DNA from: a virus
IMG/VR virus record: IMGVR_UViG_3300045988_135063
Length of the DNA stretch: 51,368 nt
Reading direction: 5' to 3' (one strand)
The position numbers were made by a program, and so were the translations under genes. Positions 43,384 through 51,037 of the stretch are shown piece after piece (position 1 is the first letter of the stretch; the number at the start of each line of letters is the position of its first letter). Below the pieces are notes generated by a model, which searched no databases, was not told where the DNA came from, and saw only the letters and a program-made list of their open reading frames with translations.

Positions 43384-44028
43384 CTAAAATAAATGAGCAT
43401 AACCATTAGCTAACATATATTTATATAATTTATCTTTTAGTTTGAATATCTTTACTCTCTCAGTAGATGTATATTTTTCTATCCCTAACTCTTTTTTAAT
43501 CCTCTCAGTAGCTTTATGACCACCCAGTTCGTAAGCATATAATATTTTTGCTTTTGGATGTATCTTTACAAACTCCTCCAGAGCATCATATATAGTTTTT
43601 TCTTTAAACAGTTTAGATTTGTCTGCATATTCCCCGAAATATTCATCTTTTAATTCTTTACCTGTTAAAAGTGCCTTATGCTTTTGATTAGTTGCTGATT
43701 TAAATAGGTTGATAAATGCTTTTTTAACTCTATAATAATATAATTTCATAAATGCATTAGGTGTAACATTAGGATCAAAATCATTTACTAATCTCACTAA
43801 TACCTCAGATAGTGCCACTGAGTAGTAATCCAACTCACAAGCTCTAATTTCTTCATTATTCTTTAAGTTTCTAACCTCATTATCACAGAACTTAGTTATT
43901 TTAGGATAAATCATTTTATATAGTTCTGCATAAGTATCTTGCCACTCAAAACTATTATTCTCTAAAGTTTTTAATTGTACTGCTAAATATTCTATTTTTT
44001 CATCATAAGTCATTTTTAATTGTGTCAT
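43384..44028 (-). CDS. Sigma-70-family-like protein (regions 2 and 4)
   Basis: ATG at 44026-44028 after GGGGAG. DFDPNVTPNAFMKLYYYRVKKAFINLF resembles region 2. C-terminal HTH-like ILYAYELGGHKATERIKKELGI. Confidence 0.5.
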   Translation of the reverse strand: MTQLKMTYDEKIEYLAVQLKTLENNSFEWQDTYAELYKMIYPKITKFCDNEVRNLKNNEEIRACELDYYSVALSEVLVRLVNDFDPNVTPNAFMKLYYYRVKKAFINLFKSATNQKHKALLTGKELKDEYFGEYADKSKLFKEKTIYDALEEFVKIHPKAKILYAYELGGHKATERIKKELGIEKYTSTERVKIFKLKDKLYKYMLANGYAHLF

Positions 44029-44062
44029 TGTTTTTCTCCCCACATCTTCTGTTTTTCTGTTA

Positions 44063-44092
44063 TTTAAGTAAGGAAAAATTTAAAATGTTTAC
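44063..44092 (-). promoter_or_regulatory. Phage-type promoter-like motif (site f): GTAAAC-N17-ACTTAAA
   Basis: Minus strand: GTAAAC attttaaatttttcctt ACTTAAA. About 35 nt upstream of the sigma-like ATG. Confidence 0.45.
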
Positions 44093-44308
44093 TCTTTTTT
44101 AAAAAAATTATTAATTATAGTAATCAATAATTTAATAGTAAAAAATATAGATGTGCCTACTTTGATAATTACAGATCATCGAAATCAATAATTTTAAGCA
44201 CAAAAAAAAGAGTTCACAAATAACCCCCTCCAATTTTACGTTGAAGTGGTCATTGTAAACCCTTTTTATAATTCTATAATAATATAATATACTTAAATTT
44301 TCCCCACA

Positions 44309-45253
44309 TTAAATTATAAATGGTAAATGTATGTTATCAAGTAAATATTTTCCCTCAATTAAAATATTTTTTTCCACATCATTTACATCCTTTACACCTT
44401 CTGGAAATACAAAAGATTTAAGGCTAAAGTATGGTGATAATTCCTGTATTAATGTATCATGGATAGCCCTACCCACAGTATCGTTATCTGTGGCTATTAC
44501 AATGCTCGATGCCCCTGTTTTTCGTAGTAGTTTTAATTGACTTTCATTTACTGAGGCTCTACCCAAAGCGACTGCATATAAACCACATGACCATAAATAC
44601 AGGGCATCTATCTCACTCTCTACAATCCATATTTCTTGAGCCTGTTCATTCATTACTTGAGATAGTCCAAATATATGTTTTTTGATAGGCTCACCCTTTT
44701 CTGCATAGAAAAACTTTTTATCCTCAGTATTTCTATATTTAATATTTATCAGCTTTCCGTTTCGATTATACCATCCCATTCCGACAACCTCCTTATTATC
44801 TAAAGTAGTTTGGAATGTTCCAAATAATTTCTGAACCTCAGTACTGATGCCCCTACTATATAAATAATTAGAGTAACTATATTCGGCTTGTAAGTCCAGA
44901 TTATACTCAGCCTTAGAGAAACTACTGGCTAGGTTTATTTTTAATTCCAACTTAGATGCATCTGAGAAATCCACAGAGTATTTCTCCAGTAGATAATCCT
45001 CTATCTCCTCAAACGATACCCCTCTTATATAAGCTAGGAATGATATTATATTTCCCTTTCTTAAATGATCTTGCTCTGCTCCACTATCTACCCATAACCC
45101 ATTTTCTAAGTTGATAGCGAATGATGGTCTGGTTTCATGCCTAAAAGGGCTACAGGCTTGCAATTTATTGTCCCTTATTCTGGAATGATTAAAGGAGATA
45201 TTTTCTATCTCCTCCAAATAGTTTATATCTAACTCTATTCCTCTAACTATCAT
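44309..45253 (-). CDS. DNA primase (DnaG-like zinc motif plus Toprim)
   Basis: CSPFRHETRPSFAI, EIWIVESEIDALYL and IATDNDTVG. Confidence 0.8.
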   Translation of the reverse strand: MIVRGIELDINYLEEIENISFNHSRIRDNKLQACSPFRHETRPSFAINLENGLWVDSGAEQDHLRKGNIISFLAYIRGVSFEEIEDYLLEKYSVDFSDASKLELKINLASSFSKAEYNLDLQAEYSYSNYLYSRGISTEVQKLFGTFQTTLDNKEVVGMGWYNRNGKLINIKYRNTEDKKFFYAEKGEPIKKHIFGLSQVMNEQAQEIWIVESEIDALYLWSCGLYAVALGRASVNESQLKLLRKTGASSIVIATDNDTVGRAIHDTLIQELSPYFSLKSFVFPEGVKDVNDVEKNILIEGKYLLDNIHLPFII

Positions 45254-45484
45254 CTAATAAAATTTCCTTCTTAGATATATTTTTCTTTTGTTTACCATTC
45301 CAGAAATCTCACTAAAAGAGCAGTCTTTATGATACCACTCTATCAGTTCTATTAAATACTCAACTCCTTGATATACTATCACTTGCCCATGATTTACTGG
45401 AACAAAACCGTCATTATAACTAAATAACAGATCTGCGTTCTCCCTTCTGAATAGATCATCTTTTAATACATAAAATTCACTCAT
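45254..45484 (-). CDS. Hypothetical protein (76 aa)
   Basis: ORF between the helicase and primase genes. Confidence 0.5.
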   Translation of the reverse strand: MSEFYVLKDDLFRRENADLLFSYNDGFVPVNHGQVIVYQGVEYLIELIEWYHKDCSFSEISGMVNKRKIYLRRKFY

Positions 45485-45599
45485 TATTTTCTCCTCTCCC
45501 TCTGTTCAAATACATAAAGTAACTAATTAATATTCCATATAATATTCCTACACATACCCCTAAACCAAACTCTATAGTTTTAGTACTCAGTACAACCAT
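45477..45599 (-). CDS. Possible 40-aa membrane peptide, not in the ORF track
   Basis: GGGGG RBS 8 nt upstream. MVVLSTKTIEFGLGVCVGILYGILISYFMYLNRGRGENNE. Stop overlaps the next start. Confidence 0.35.
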   Translation of the reverse strand: MVVLSTKTIEFGLGVCVGILYGILISYFMYLNRGRGENNE

Positions 45600-45615
45600 A
45601 CAACATACCCCCTAT

Positions 45616-46884
45616 TTAAATATAATCAATAGCAGATGCCTCTTTAATAATCCCCCTATTGAAATCACATTGTAATGTAAGCTCTTTATCTACGTTAGGA
45701 GTTCTAGTCTTTGCCAGTTTTAGTTTTCCTATCCCGTCTGCTTGGTCGAAAGTTAAAATAGTACAAGCATCTTGTATTACTGCTACGGTTTCCGAATATT
45801 GATGTAATTCTGGAGGTTTCGGTATTCTTATTCCAGTATCTTCATCTGATACCCTATTCTCCTTTTCTGCCGATGTTGGGGTTTGATGTATTACTACACC
45901 TACAACTCCATACTTTCCGAACACTTGCCTTAGTTTTCTACTTGTACTGGTCATAGCATCTCTATTGCTGCTTTTACCTTTGTGGCTCATTAGATTAAAA
46001 CCATCTATTATAACCATCTTTATATTATCATTAGCCTGTAAGTCTGCCTCTATCACATCTATAGATAAACCATTTTTTAAATCTTCCATTGTCTTTACCA
46101 TGTATGGAGTGTCTTGATCCTCTGGGTTAAACTTTTCTAAGTATCTAAAATAATTATCTTCATTATATAAATCACCACTCTTTAAAGCCGAGTTCGTAAA
46201 CTTACCATGTAAAGTATCTAGCCTTTGTAACTGTTGTTCCTTTGAAAGCTCTGGGGAATAATGTAGCACTCCAAAATTATTAGCCCATGCAGTTACACCT
46301 ATGTCTGAGCCTAACCACGATTTACCTCTATTTGTATAAGCCATGATTAACAGGTAATCACCTAACTCAAACCCCCCACCTAAATATTTTGTTAATGTCT
46401 TGTACGGTGTAGGTATATATTTAAAAGTCCTCTGCTCTTTACTTAGTCTGTACCATTCTGCCCTCTCATCCCCATTTGTAGCAAAATTCGTACCTAGAGT
46501 ATTATCCATCATAGATAAGTCCTTTAGATGACTTACCTCTCCATGTAGCCAGTTTACAAACTTTACTCCGTCAAGTTCTGCGAATTTACTTGCGACCTCA
46601 TTTTGGATTAATTTATAGGCTCTAATTTTCGCAGTTTCCTGTTTTAATTTTTTACATAAATATGCAATATTATCAGTAACCTCTGGCATAAAATCGAAAT
46701 CCTCAAACTCATCCACCATAGCAGTAAATGATGGCATTTCTCCATATTCATATTTAAAATCCTTTACAAACTTAAACATATCTCGGCATGATGTAAAATC
46801 ATTTTCTGTTATATTATATTTCGTCAGCTCATGTAAACAGTTCTCATTTATTACCTTATTAATTAATTTTAATTCTATTACCAT
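45616..46884 (-). CDS. dnaB: Replicative DNA helicase (DnaB-like)
   Basis: 422 aa. Walker A AYTNRGKSW, MVIIDGFNLM and RecA-like C-terminal domain motifs. Confidence 0.85.
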   Translation of the reverse strand: MVIELKLINKVINENCLHELTKYNITENDFTSCRDMFKFVKDFKYEYGEMPSFTAMVDEFEDFDFMPEVTDNIAYLCKKLKQETAKIRAYKLIQNEVASKFAELDGVKFVNWLHGEVSHLKDLSMMDNTLGTNFATNGDERAEWYRLSKEQRTFKYIPTPYKTLTKYLGGGFELGDYLLIMAYTNRGKSWLGSDIGVTAWANNFGVLHYSPELSKEQQLQRLDTLHGKFTNSALKSGDLYNEDNYFRYLEKFNPEDQDTPYMVKTMEDLKNGLSIDVIEADLQANDNIKMVIIDGFNLMSHKGKSSNRDAMTSTSRKLRQVFGKYGVVGVVIHQTPTSAEKENRVSDEDTGIRIPKPPELHQYSETVAVIQDACTILTFDQADGIGKLKLAKTRTPNVDKELTLQCDFNRGIIKEASAIDYI

Positions 46885-47645
46885 TATCTGAATAATCCTC
46901 CCTTTCGATGATCCTCTCCTTTAAAACCTACTGGGTAACATTGCCCCTCTATTCTCGATACAATTCTATCTCCCAGAATATCTCCCATACTATTAATTGG
47001 ATAATTAGAGGTATATATTGTAGCTCGATCCTCCGTACATCTAGTATCAATCACATCGTATAGCTCATTTTTAAAGGCATCTGTTAAATCTCTTATACCT
47101 ATATCGTCAATAACTAATAGCTCAACATTTTTCATTCTGCTTAATAATGCAAAATATTTTGTAGACATATCTTGCTGATTAGAATATCCTCCCCTAAACT
47201 GAGAGTTATATATATTCTGCATTTCCGAAAGTTTTATAAACATAGTAGGATTATCACCGAAATTAAAATCATTTCTAATAAACTCTCCAACTCTAGCAAT
47301 TAAATACTCATGTAAAATTGTTATTGCCGAGGTAGTTTTACCTGTACCTGTCCCTAGTCGATTATTAGCATTAGGAACAGAGAACAAATATAACCCCATC
47401 CCCTTCTCTTTTACATACCTTAATACATCTTTACTATATTTCTCTATAACATTAAATGCATTCGGATTTTCTTCTCTTATCGGTAAATTTTCTATAAAGC
47501 AATTTTCATATTTTTTCGGTACTCTCGTACTGTTCCAATAACCTCTATTACCCTCAATACCATGCAATACCACATAAGAAAAGCACTCTTTATTACATTG
47601 ACTTGTATTAACTATAGAGCATTTCTTTTTAAATTTGCAGTCCAT
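46884..47645 (-). CDS. DnaC/IstB-like AAA+ helicase loader with Cys-rich N-terminus
   Basis: ATG at 47643-47645 after GGGAGG. GTGTGKTT and LLVIDDIG. Confidence 0.75.
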   Translation of the reverse strand: MDCKFKKKCSIVNTSQCNKECFSYVVLHGIEGNRGYWNSTRVPKKYENCFIENLPIREENPNAFNVIEKYSKDVLRYVKEKGMGLYLFSVPNANNRLGTGTGKTTSAITILHEYLIARVGEFIRNDFNFGDNPTMFIKLSEMQNIYNSQFRGGYSNQQDMSTKYFALLSRMKNVELLVIDDIGIRDLTDAFKNELYDVIDTRCTEDRATIYTSNYPINSMGDILGDRIVSRIEGQCYPVGFKGEDHRKGGLFR

Positions 47646-47677
47646 GTGTAACCTCCCTGTATCAATTATTTTCATAG

Positions 47678-47707
47678 ATACAGTAAGAACAATTTTCTAT
47701 TGTTTAC
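47678..47707 (-). promoter_or_regulatory. Phage-type promoter-like motif (site h): GTAAAC-N17-ACTGTAT
   Basis: Minus strand: GTAAAC aatagaaaattgttctt ACTGTAT. Confidence 0.5.
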
Positions 47708-47730
47708 TTTCGTGTATTAATTTTTTAAAC

Positions 47731-47756
47731 AAAAAAAAGAGAGGCTTTTGCCTCCC
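47731..47756 (-). terminator. Terminator after parR-like gene
   Basis: gaggc/gcctc stem after an 8-nt A-run. Confidence 0.5.
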
Positions 47757-47777
47757 TTATCGTTTCATATTGTTTAT

Positions 47778-48089
47778 TTACTTAATAAACTTAGCTAATG
47801 CTCCAGTCAATGCTTTCCTCTGACCTTCCGAAATACCTTCCGAATTATCCCTCTCTCCTTGAGGTTGTTGGCTAGGTGGTTGGGCTTGTTGTACTTGCCC
47901 AATCATTCCCCTATTTATCATATCCTTTAGAACTGCCACCAACTCTGATACCTCTGAGTTTTCTTTATTCTTTTGCATATCCTCTCGTATTAACTTTTTT
48001 ACATAAGAAGTAAAAGATATATCAAGATCATCTAAGTGATTCAAAATATCACAATCTTTTACCTCATTAAAAGATACTGGTTTTATCAC
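47778..48089 (-). CDS. parR: ParR-like centromere-binding adaptor (RHH-like N-terminus)
   Basis: Small ORF directly after parM (start GTG at 48089 or 48098). KPVSFNEVKDCDILNHLD...FTSYVKKLIRED, then a low-complexity linker and a C-terminal helix. Confidence 0.5.
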   Translation of the reverse strand: MIKPVSFNEVKDCDILNHLDDLDISFTSYVKKLIREDMQKNKENSEVSELVAVLKDMINRGMIGQVQQAQPPSQQPQGERDNSEGISEGQRKALTGALAKFIK

Positions 48090-48101
48090 ACTAATCACTC
48101 C

Positions 48102-49031
48102 CTACATCTTAGCTACTAATCTAAGTATTTTACTATTTACAAATTGAGCATCCTTTACTTGCTCTGCATGAGTGTAGTGTTTTGTAAAGTATTTGAAAGT
48201 AGAATAAACACCACCACCGAAAATTGATATTTTTTCAACCTGTCCTACTTTAAATTTAGCCTCCTCTATAGAAGATACTACACCATCCACAAACTCCTGT
48301 ACCATTAAGTATATAGCAGATATATCAACAGGTACTTGGTTTATAGGGATTACTGTTTTTTCCTTGCAGATTATTTTTTCTATATCTCCAGTAGTAAATG
48401 AACCCCCGTAATTATAGTTTAAATACTCTGCTATATTTAGATACATATTTGTTATACTTGCATCTAATGTTGTGTAATTTACAGGGGACATATCTTCCCA
48501 CTCTACAACGTTGATAGTTCCACCACCTATATCTATAGTTAATTGATGGCTCATATCTTCATTAAGAACAGGTAAAGCACCCTCTATAAAGAATTTTAAA
48601 TCTACTATCTCTATTGTATATGTATTATATTTTCCAGTATTCTCATCTTTTATAGCAAGTTCTTGAACTCCCCAACTTTCTATTATAGAACGAACTTCCT
48701 CGACTTTTCTCTCAAAGTTCATAATTGGTAAGCCTAAACAAATTTTAGCTCTTACATTTCTTTTTCTTCCAGATTTTAAAGCTATTGCAGTAAGCACACA
48801 TAATTTATATGCATCTGTTGAATATTTAAACTCACCCATTACTGCCTTTCCATCACCTACAACATAATCAACTCCATTATAATTGACTTGGTGTACTTCT
48901 ATTCTTTTATCTAACTCTAATTTCTTTCCTATTTTAACCTTAGTTGCAAATTTCATATTTGAGAAATTAGCATATGCATTTCCTATATCAAAACCTTCTG
49001 TTAAATTTGGTATTACTAATGTATTATTCAT
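48102..49031 (-). CDS. parM: Actin-like segregation ATPase (ParM/Alp family)
   Basis: 309 aa. Phosphate-1 FDIGNAYAN, phosphate-2 IDIGGGTINV, adenosine motif IFGGGVYS. Confidence 0.75.
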   Translation of the reverse strand: MNNTLVIPNLTEGFDIGNAYANFSNMKFATKVKIGKKLELDKRIEVHQVNYNGVDYVVGDGKAVMGEFKYSTDAYKLCVLTAIALKSGRKRNVRAKICLGLPIMNFERKVEEVRSIIESWGVQELAIKDENTGKYNTYTIEIVDLKFFIEGALPVLNEDMSHQLTIDIGGGTINVVEWEDMSPVNYTTLDASITNMYLNIAEYLNYNYGGSFTTGDIEKIICKEKTVIPINQVPVDISAIYLMVQEFVDGVVSSIEEAKFKVGQVEKISIFGGGVYSTFKYFTKHYTHAEQVKDAQFVNSKILRLVAKM

Positions 49032-49242
49032 CTTGATCTCCTCCTGTTACCTATTTAAATTGGTAATCTCTTTCTTATTATTATTTTTTTTATTTCTTGT
49101 TTCTTATTATATATATTTAAATCAATTCGTTGCGAATTGTTATAGACCTTTTTATCTCAAGCAAGTTATCTAAGATTTGATTTTTATATTATAACCGACT
49201 TGAGCGACTTGTTTTGTGTTTCTTGTCCTCTTGACAATATTT

Positions 49243-49271
49243 ATTATATATCATATCAAAAAATAATGCAA
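49243..49271 (-). promoter_or_regulatory. Sigma-A-type promoter TTGCAT-17-TATAAT for parMR
   Basis: Minus strand: TTGCAT (49266-49271), TATAAT (49243-49248). Abuts iteron cluster 1. Confidence 0.6.
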
Positions 49272-49274
49272 TAC

Positions 49275-49330
49275 TTTTTTATATATTTTTTATATAAATT
49301 TATATATTTTTATATATACTTTATATATAA
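49275..49330. repeat. parC-like iteron cluster 1: five TTATATA-type repeats at 10-11 bp period
   Basis: tatat cores start at 49280, 49291, 49301, 49311 and 49322. The 38-nt segment 49280-49317 is identical to 49397-49434. Confidence 0.8.
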
Positions 49331-49380
49331 TTTAGGTATACCAACAGTTTGAGCCTCATATCTTTTTCTAATTTTCTTTA

Positions 49381-49476
49381 TTTTTTATATACAATATATA
49401 TATTTTTTATATAAATTTATATATTTTTATATATCTCTTATATACAGTATATATATCATATAATCTTTATATAAAG
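49381..49476. repeat. parC-like iteron cluster 2: about eight TTATATA-type repeats at about 10 bp period
   Basis: tatat cores start at 49386, 49395, 49408, 49418, 49428, 49439, 49448 and 49468. Confidence 0.8.
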
Positions 49477-49505
49477 TTGCACAATACCTGAGTTTATCCT
49501 AAACT
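49477..49505 (+). promoter_or_regulatory. Sigma-A-type promoter TTGCAC-17-TAAACT for the zinc-ribbon gene
   Basis: Plus strand: TTGCAC (49477-49482), TAAACT (49500-49505). Confidence 0.45.
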
Positions 49506-49526
49506 GCTATTAAGGGGGGTAATTCT

Positions 49527-49748
49527 ATGAAATGTACTGCTTGTGGTAGTGAAATGATGTGTGTATCAGTTTGTGAAGGAGTTTTTGCTGAGGATGTTCT
49601 AGGTGATGATGTCAGATGTACTGGGGAACTGTGTTATTTAAATGATAATAAATGTAGTAAGTGTGATGCTTGTGCTTATGATACAATAGTAAACATTAAA
49701 GAATATCGTTGCCCAGAATGTGATTCGGTGATACAACATACTTATTAA
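49527..49748 (+). CDS. Cys-rich zinc-ribbon protein (73 aa)
   Basis: AAGGGGGG RBS. CTAC, CSKCDAC and CPEC pairs. Plus strand, divergent from parMR. Confidence 0.65.
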   Translation: MKCTACGSEMMCVSVCEGVFAEDVLGDDVRCTGELCYLNDNKCSKCDACAYDTIVNIKEYRCPECDSVIQHTY

Positions 49749-49774
49749 ACTCATATGTCTTTTAATTTCCATTT

Positions 49775-49811
49775 AAAAAAGGAGAGGTTCATCTGCCTCT
49801 CCTTATTTTTT
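49775..49811. terminator. Bidirectional terminator
   Basis: 9-bp stem aaggagagg/cctctcctt with an A-run on the left and a T-run on the right. Confidence 0.7.
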
Positions 49812-49823
49812 CCTATTTCAATT

Positions 49824-50747
49824 TTACAGTTCCATAAAATCAGAATAATCTGCATCTATATAATCAGCAGTTTGATCTATCAACTGCTTACTTTTCTTAT
49901 CTGCTTTTTGCTGCTCCAGTAAAACTCGTACTACCTCGTTGCATAACCATGAGCAAAGCATACCTATAGTTGGGTATGGGTATTTACTATTCCCCCATCT
50001 TGATGGGTATTCCTTTATCGTTAAATGTATAATCTCTACAATCTCATCAATACTAAAATTCTTTATAAGTTTGTTTTTAATTAAACCTAAATCCCTTTTA
50101 TAGTTTATTACATATGACTTGCCATATGCCTCTTTATATTGTTCTGCAAAATAATGTGCAAGGTCTTTACTATTCTTAATAACTTTCTTAGATGGTTCTA
50201 TAACCTCCTCAGAGCCATTTTCCGTAGTTTCTACAACCTTATCAGTAATTTCATCAACAGGACTATCACAACCTGTTACAAGGGCATCCTCTCGTACCTC
50301 AAACCTATCCTCATCTATAGCATCTATATCAACTGTATTTATATCTCTATGGTCCTCTATATCAATATCTTTAGGTGAAAGATCGAATATAGTATATACA
50401 GAGTTTTTACGTTGACCTGTTCCCCTTAAAACTCTATCTAAGATAGGCATTCCATTTATCTGTATCTCTAATAAGTTAGATACTGCTTTGTTTACAGTAG
50501 TTAAAGATAAACCTGTTATCTCTGCAATCTGTCTTTGTGTGGGATAGCACTCTCCTCCAGTATTCATAAATGAGGCTATTCCTAATAATACCGTAAGTTC
50601 CGAACCCCTCACATGATGGAGTAAACCATTCCTAATAGCAGTAACATCTATTTTTAAATAGGTATCATATCGAGTCTGCTTATTTGTGGCATCATGCTCA
50701 GTATTAAACACGATAGATAAAAATTTACCAGTTTCTATATTTTTCAT
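49824..50747 (-). CDS. wHTH DNA-binding protein, replication-initiator-like
   Basis: ATG at 50745-50747 after AAGGAGG. ECYPTQRQIAEITGLSLTTVNKAVSNLLE. First gene of the replication cluster. Confidence 0.5.
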   Translation of the reverse strand: MKNIETGKFLSIVFNTEHDATNKQTRYDTYLKIDVTAIRNGLLHHVRGSELTVLLGIASFMNTGGECYPTQRQIAEITGLSLTTVNKAVSNLLEIQINGMPILDRVLRGTGQRKNSVYTIFDLSPKDIDIEDHRDINTVDIDAIDEDRFEVREDALVTGCDSPVDEITDKVVETTENGSEEVIEPSKKVIKNSKDLAHYFAEQYKEAYGKSYVINYKRDLGLIKNKLIKNFSIDEIVEIIHLTIKEYPSRWGNSKYPYPTIGMLCSWLCNEVVRVLLEQQKADKKSKQLIDQTADYIDADYSDFMEL

Positions 50748-50779
50748 TTTATCAAGTCCTCCTTTAATCATTACAATAA

Positions 50780-50809
50780 CTAAAGTAATTACGATGATAA
50801 AATGTTTAC
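50780..50809 (-). promoter_or_regulatory. Phage-type promoter-like motif (site e): GTAAAC-N17-ACTTTAG
   Basis: Minus strand: GTAAAC attttatcatcgtaatt ACTTTAG. About 33 nt upstream of the ATG. Confidence 0.5.
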
Positions 50810-50815
50810 GAATTA

Positions 50816-50836
50816 TTGTTATAATTTTTGTAACAA
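50816..50836. promoter_or_regulatory. Palindromic site TTGTTATAA-ttt-TTGTAACAA
   Basis: Identical to 23291-23311. Lies 6 nt upstream of the GTAAAC element. Confidence 0.6.
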
Positions 50837-50886
50837 AAGAACATACTAAATATAAATATAGATATATAGATATAGTAGGTACTTAC

Positions 50887-50903
50887 GTTACAATATTTGT
50901 AAC
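50887..50903. promoter_or_regulatory. Palindromic site GTTACAA-tat-TTGTAAC
   Basis: Identical to 23363-23379. 69 bp centre to centre from 50816-50836. Confidence 0.6.
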
Positions 50904-51037
50904 AATAAATAAAATATGCTTTTCACACTATAAAAGCCTTTTTAAGCTATATTTTGTATTTAGGTATATAATTACCTTATTTCTAAGTTAAAATTGCTTA
51001 GGAGGGCATTTAAGCCCTCTGAGTGCTATCTAAACAC

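Larger units (their letters stand above)
50811..50904. repeat. Copy B of the duplicated ~95-bp regulatory module
   Basis: 50811-50839 and 50872-50904 are identical to 23286-23314 and 23348-23380. Same orientation. Confidence 0.9.

Noticed and set aside
49231-49259. Plus-strand reading of TTGACA at 49231 as a promoter toward the zinc-ribbon gene
   Set aside because: The candidate -10 (TATCAA) is poor. The same DNA gives a near-consensus TTGCAT-17-TATAAT on the minus strand, and a better plus-strand promoter exists at 49477-49505.
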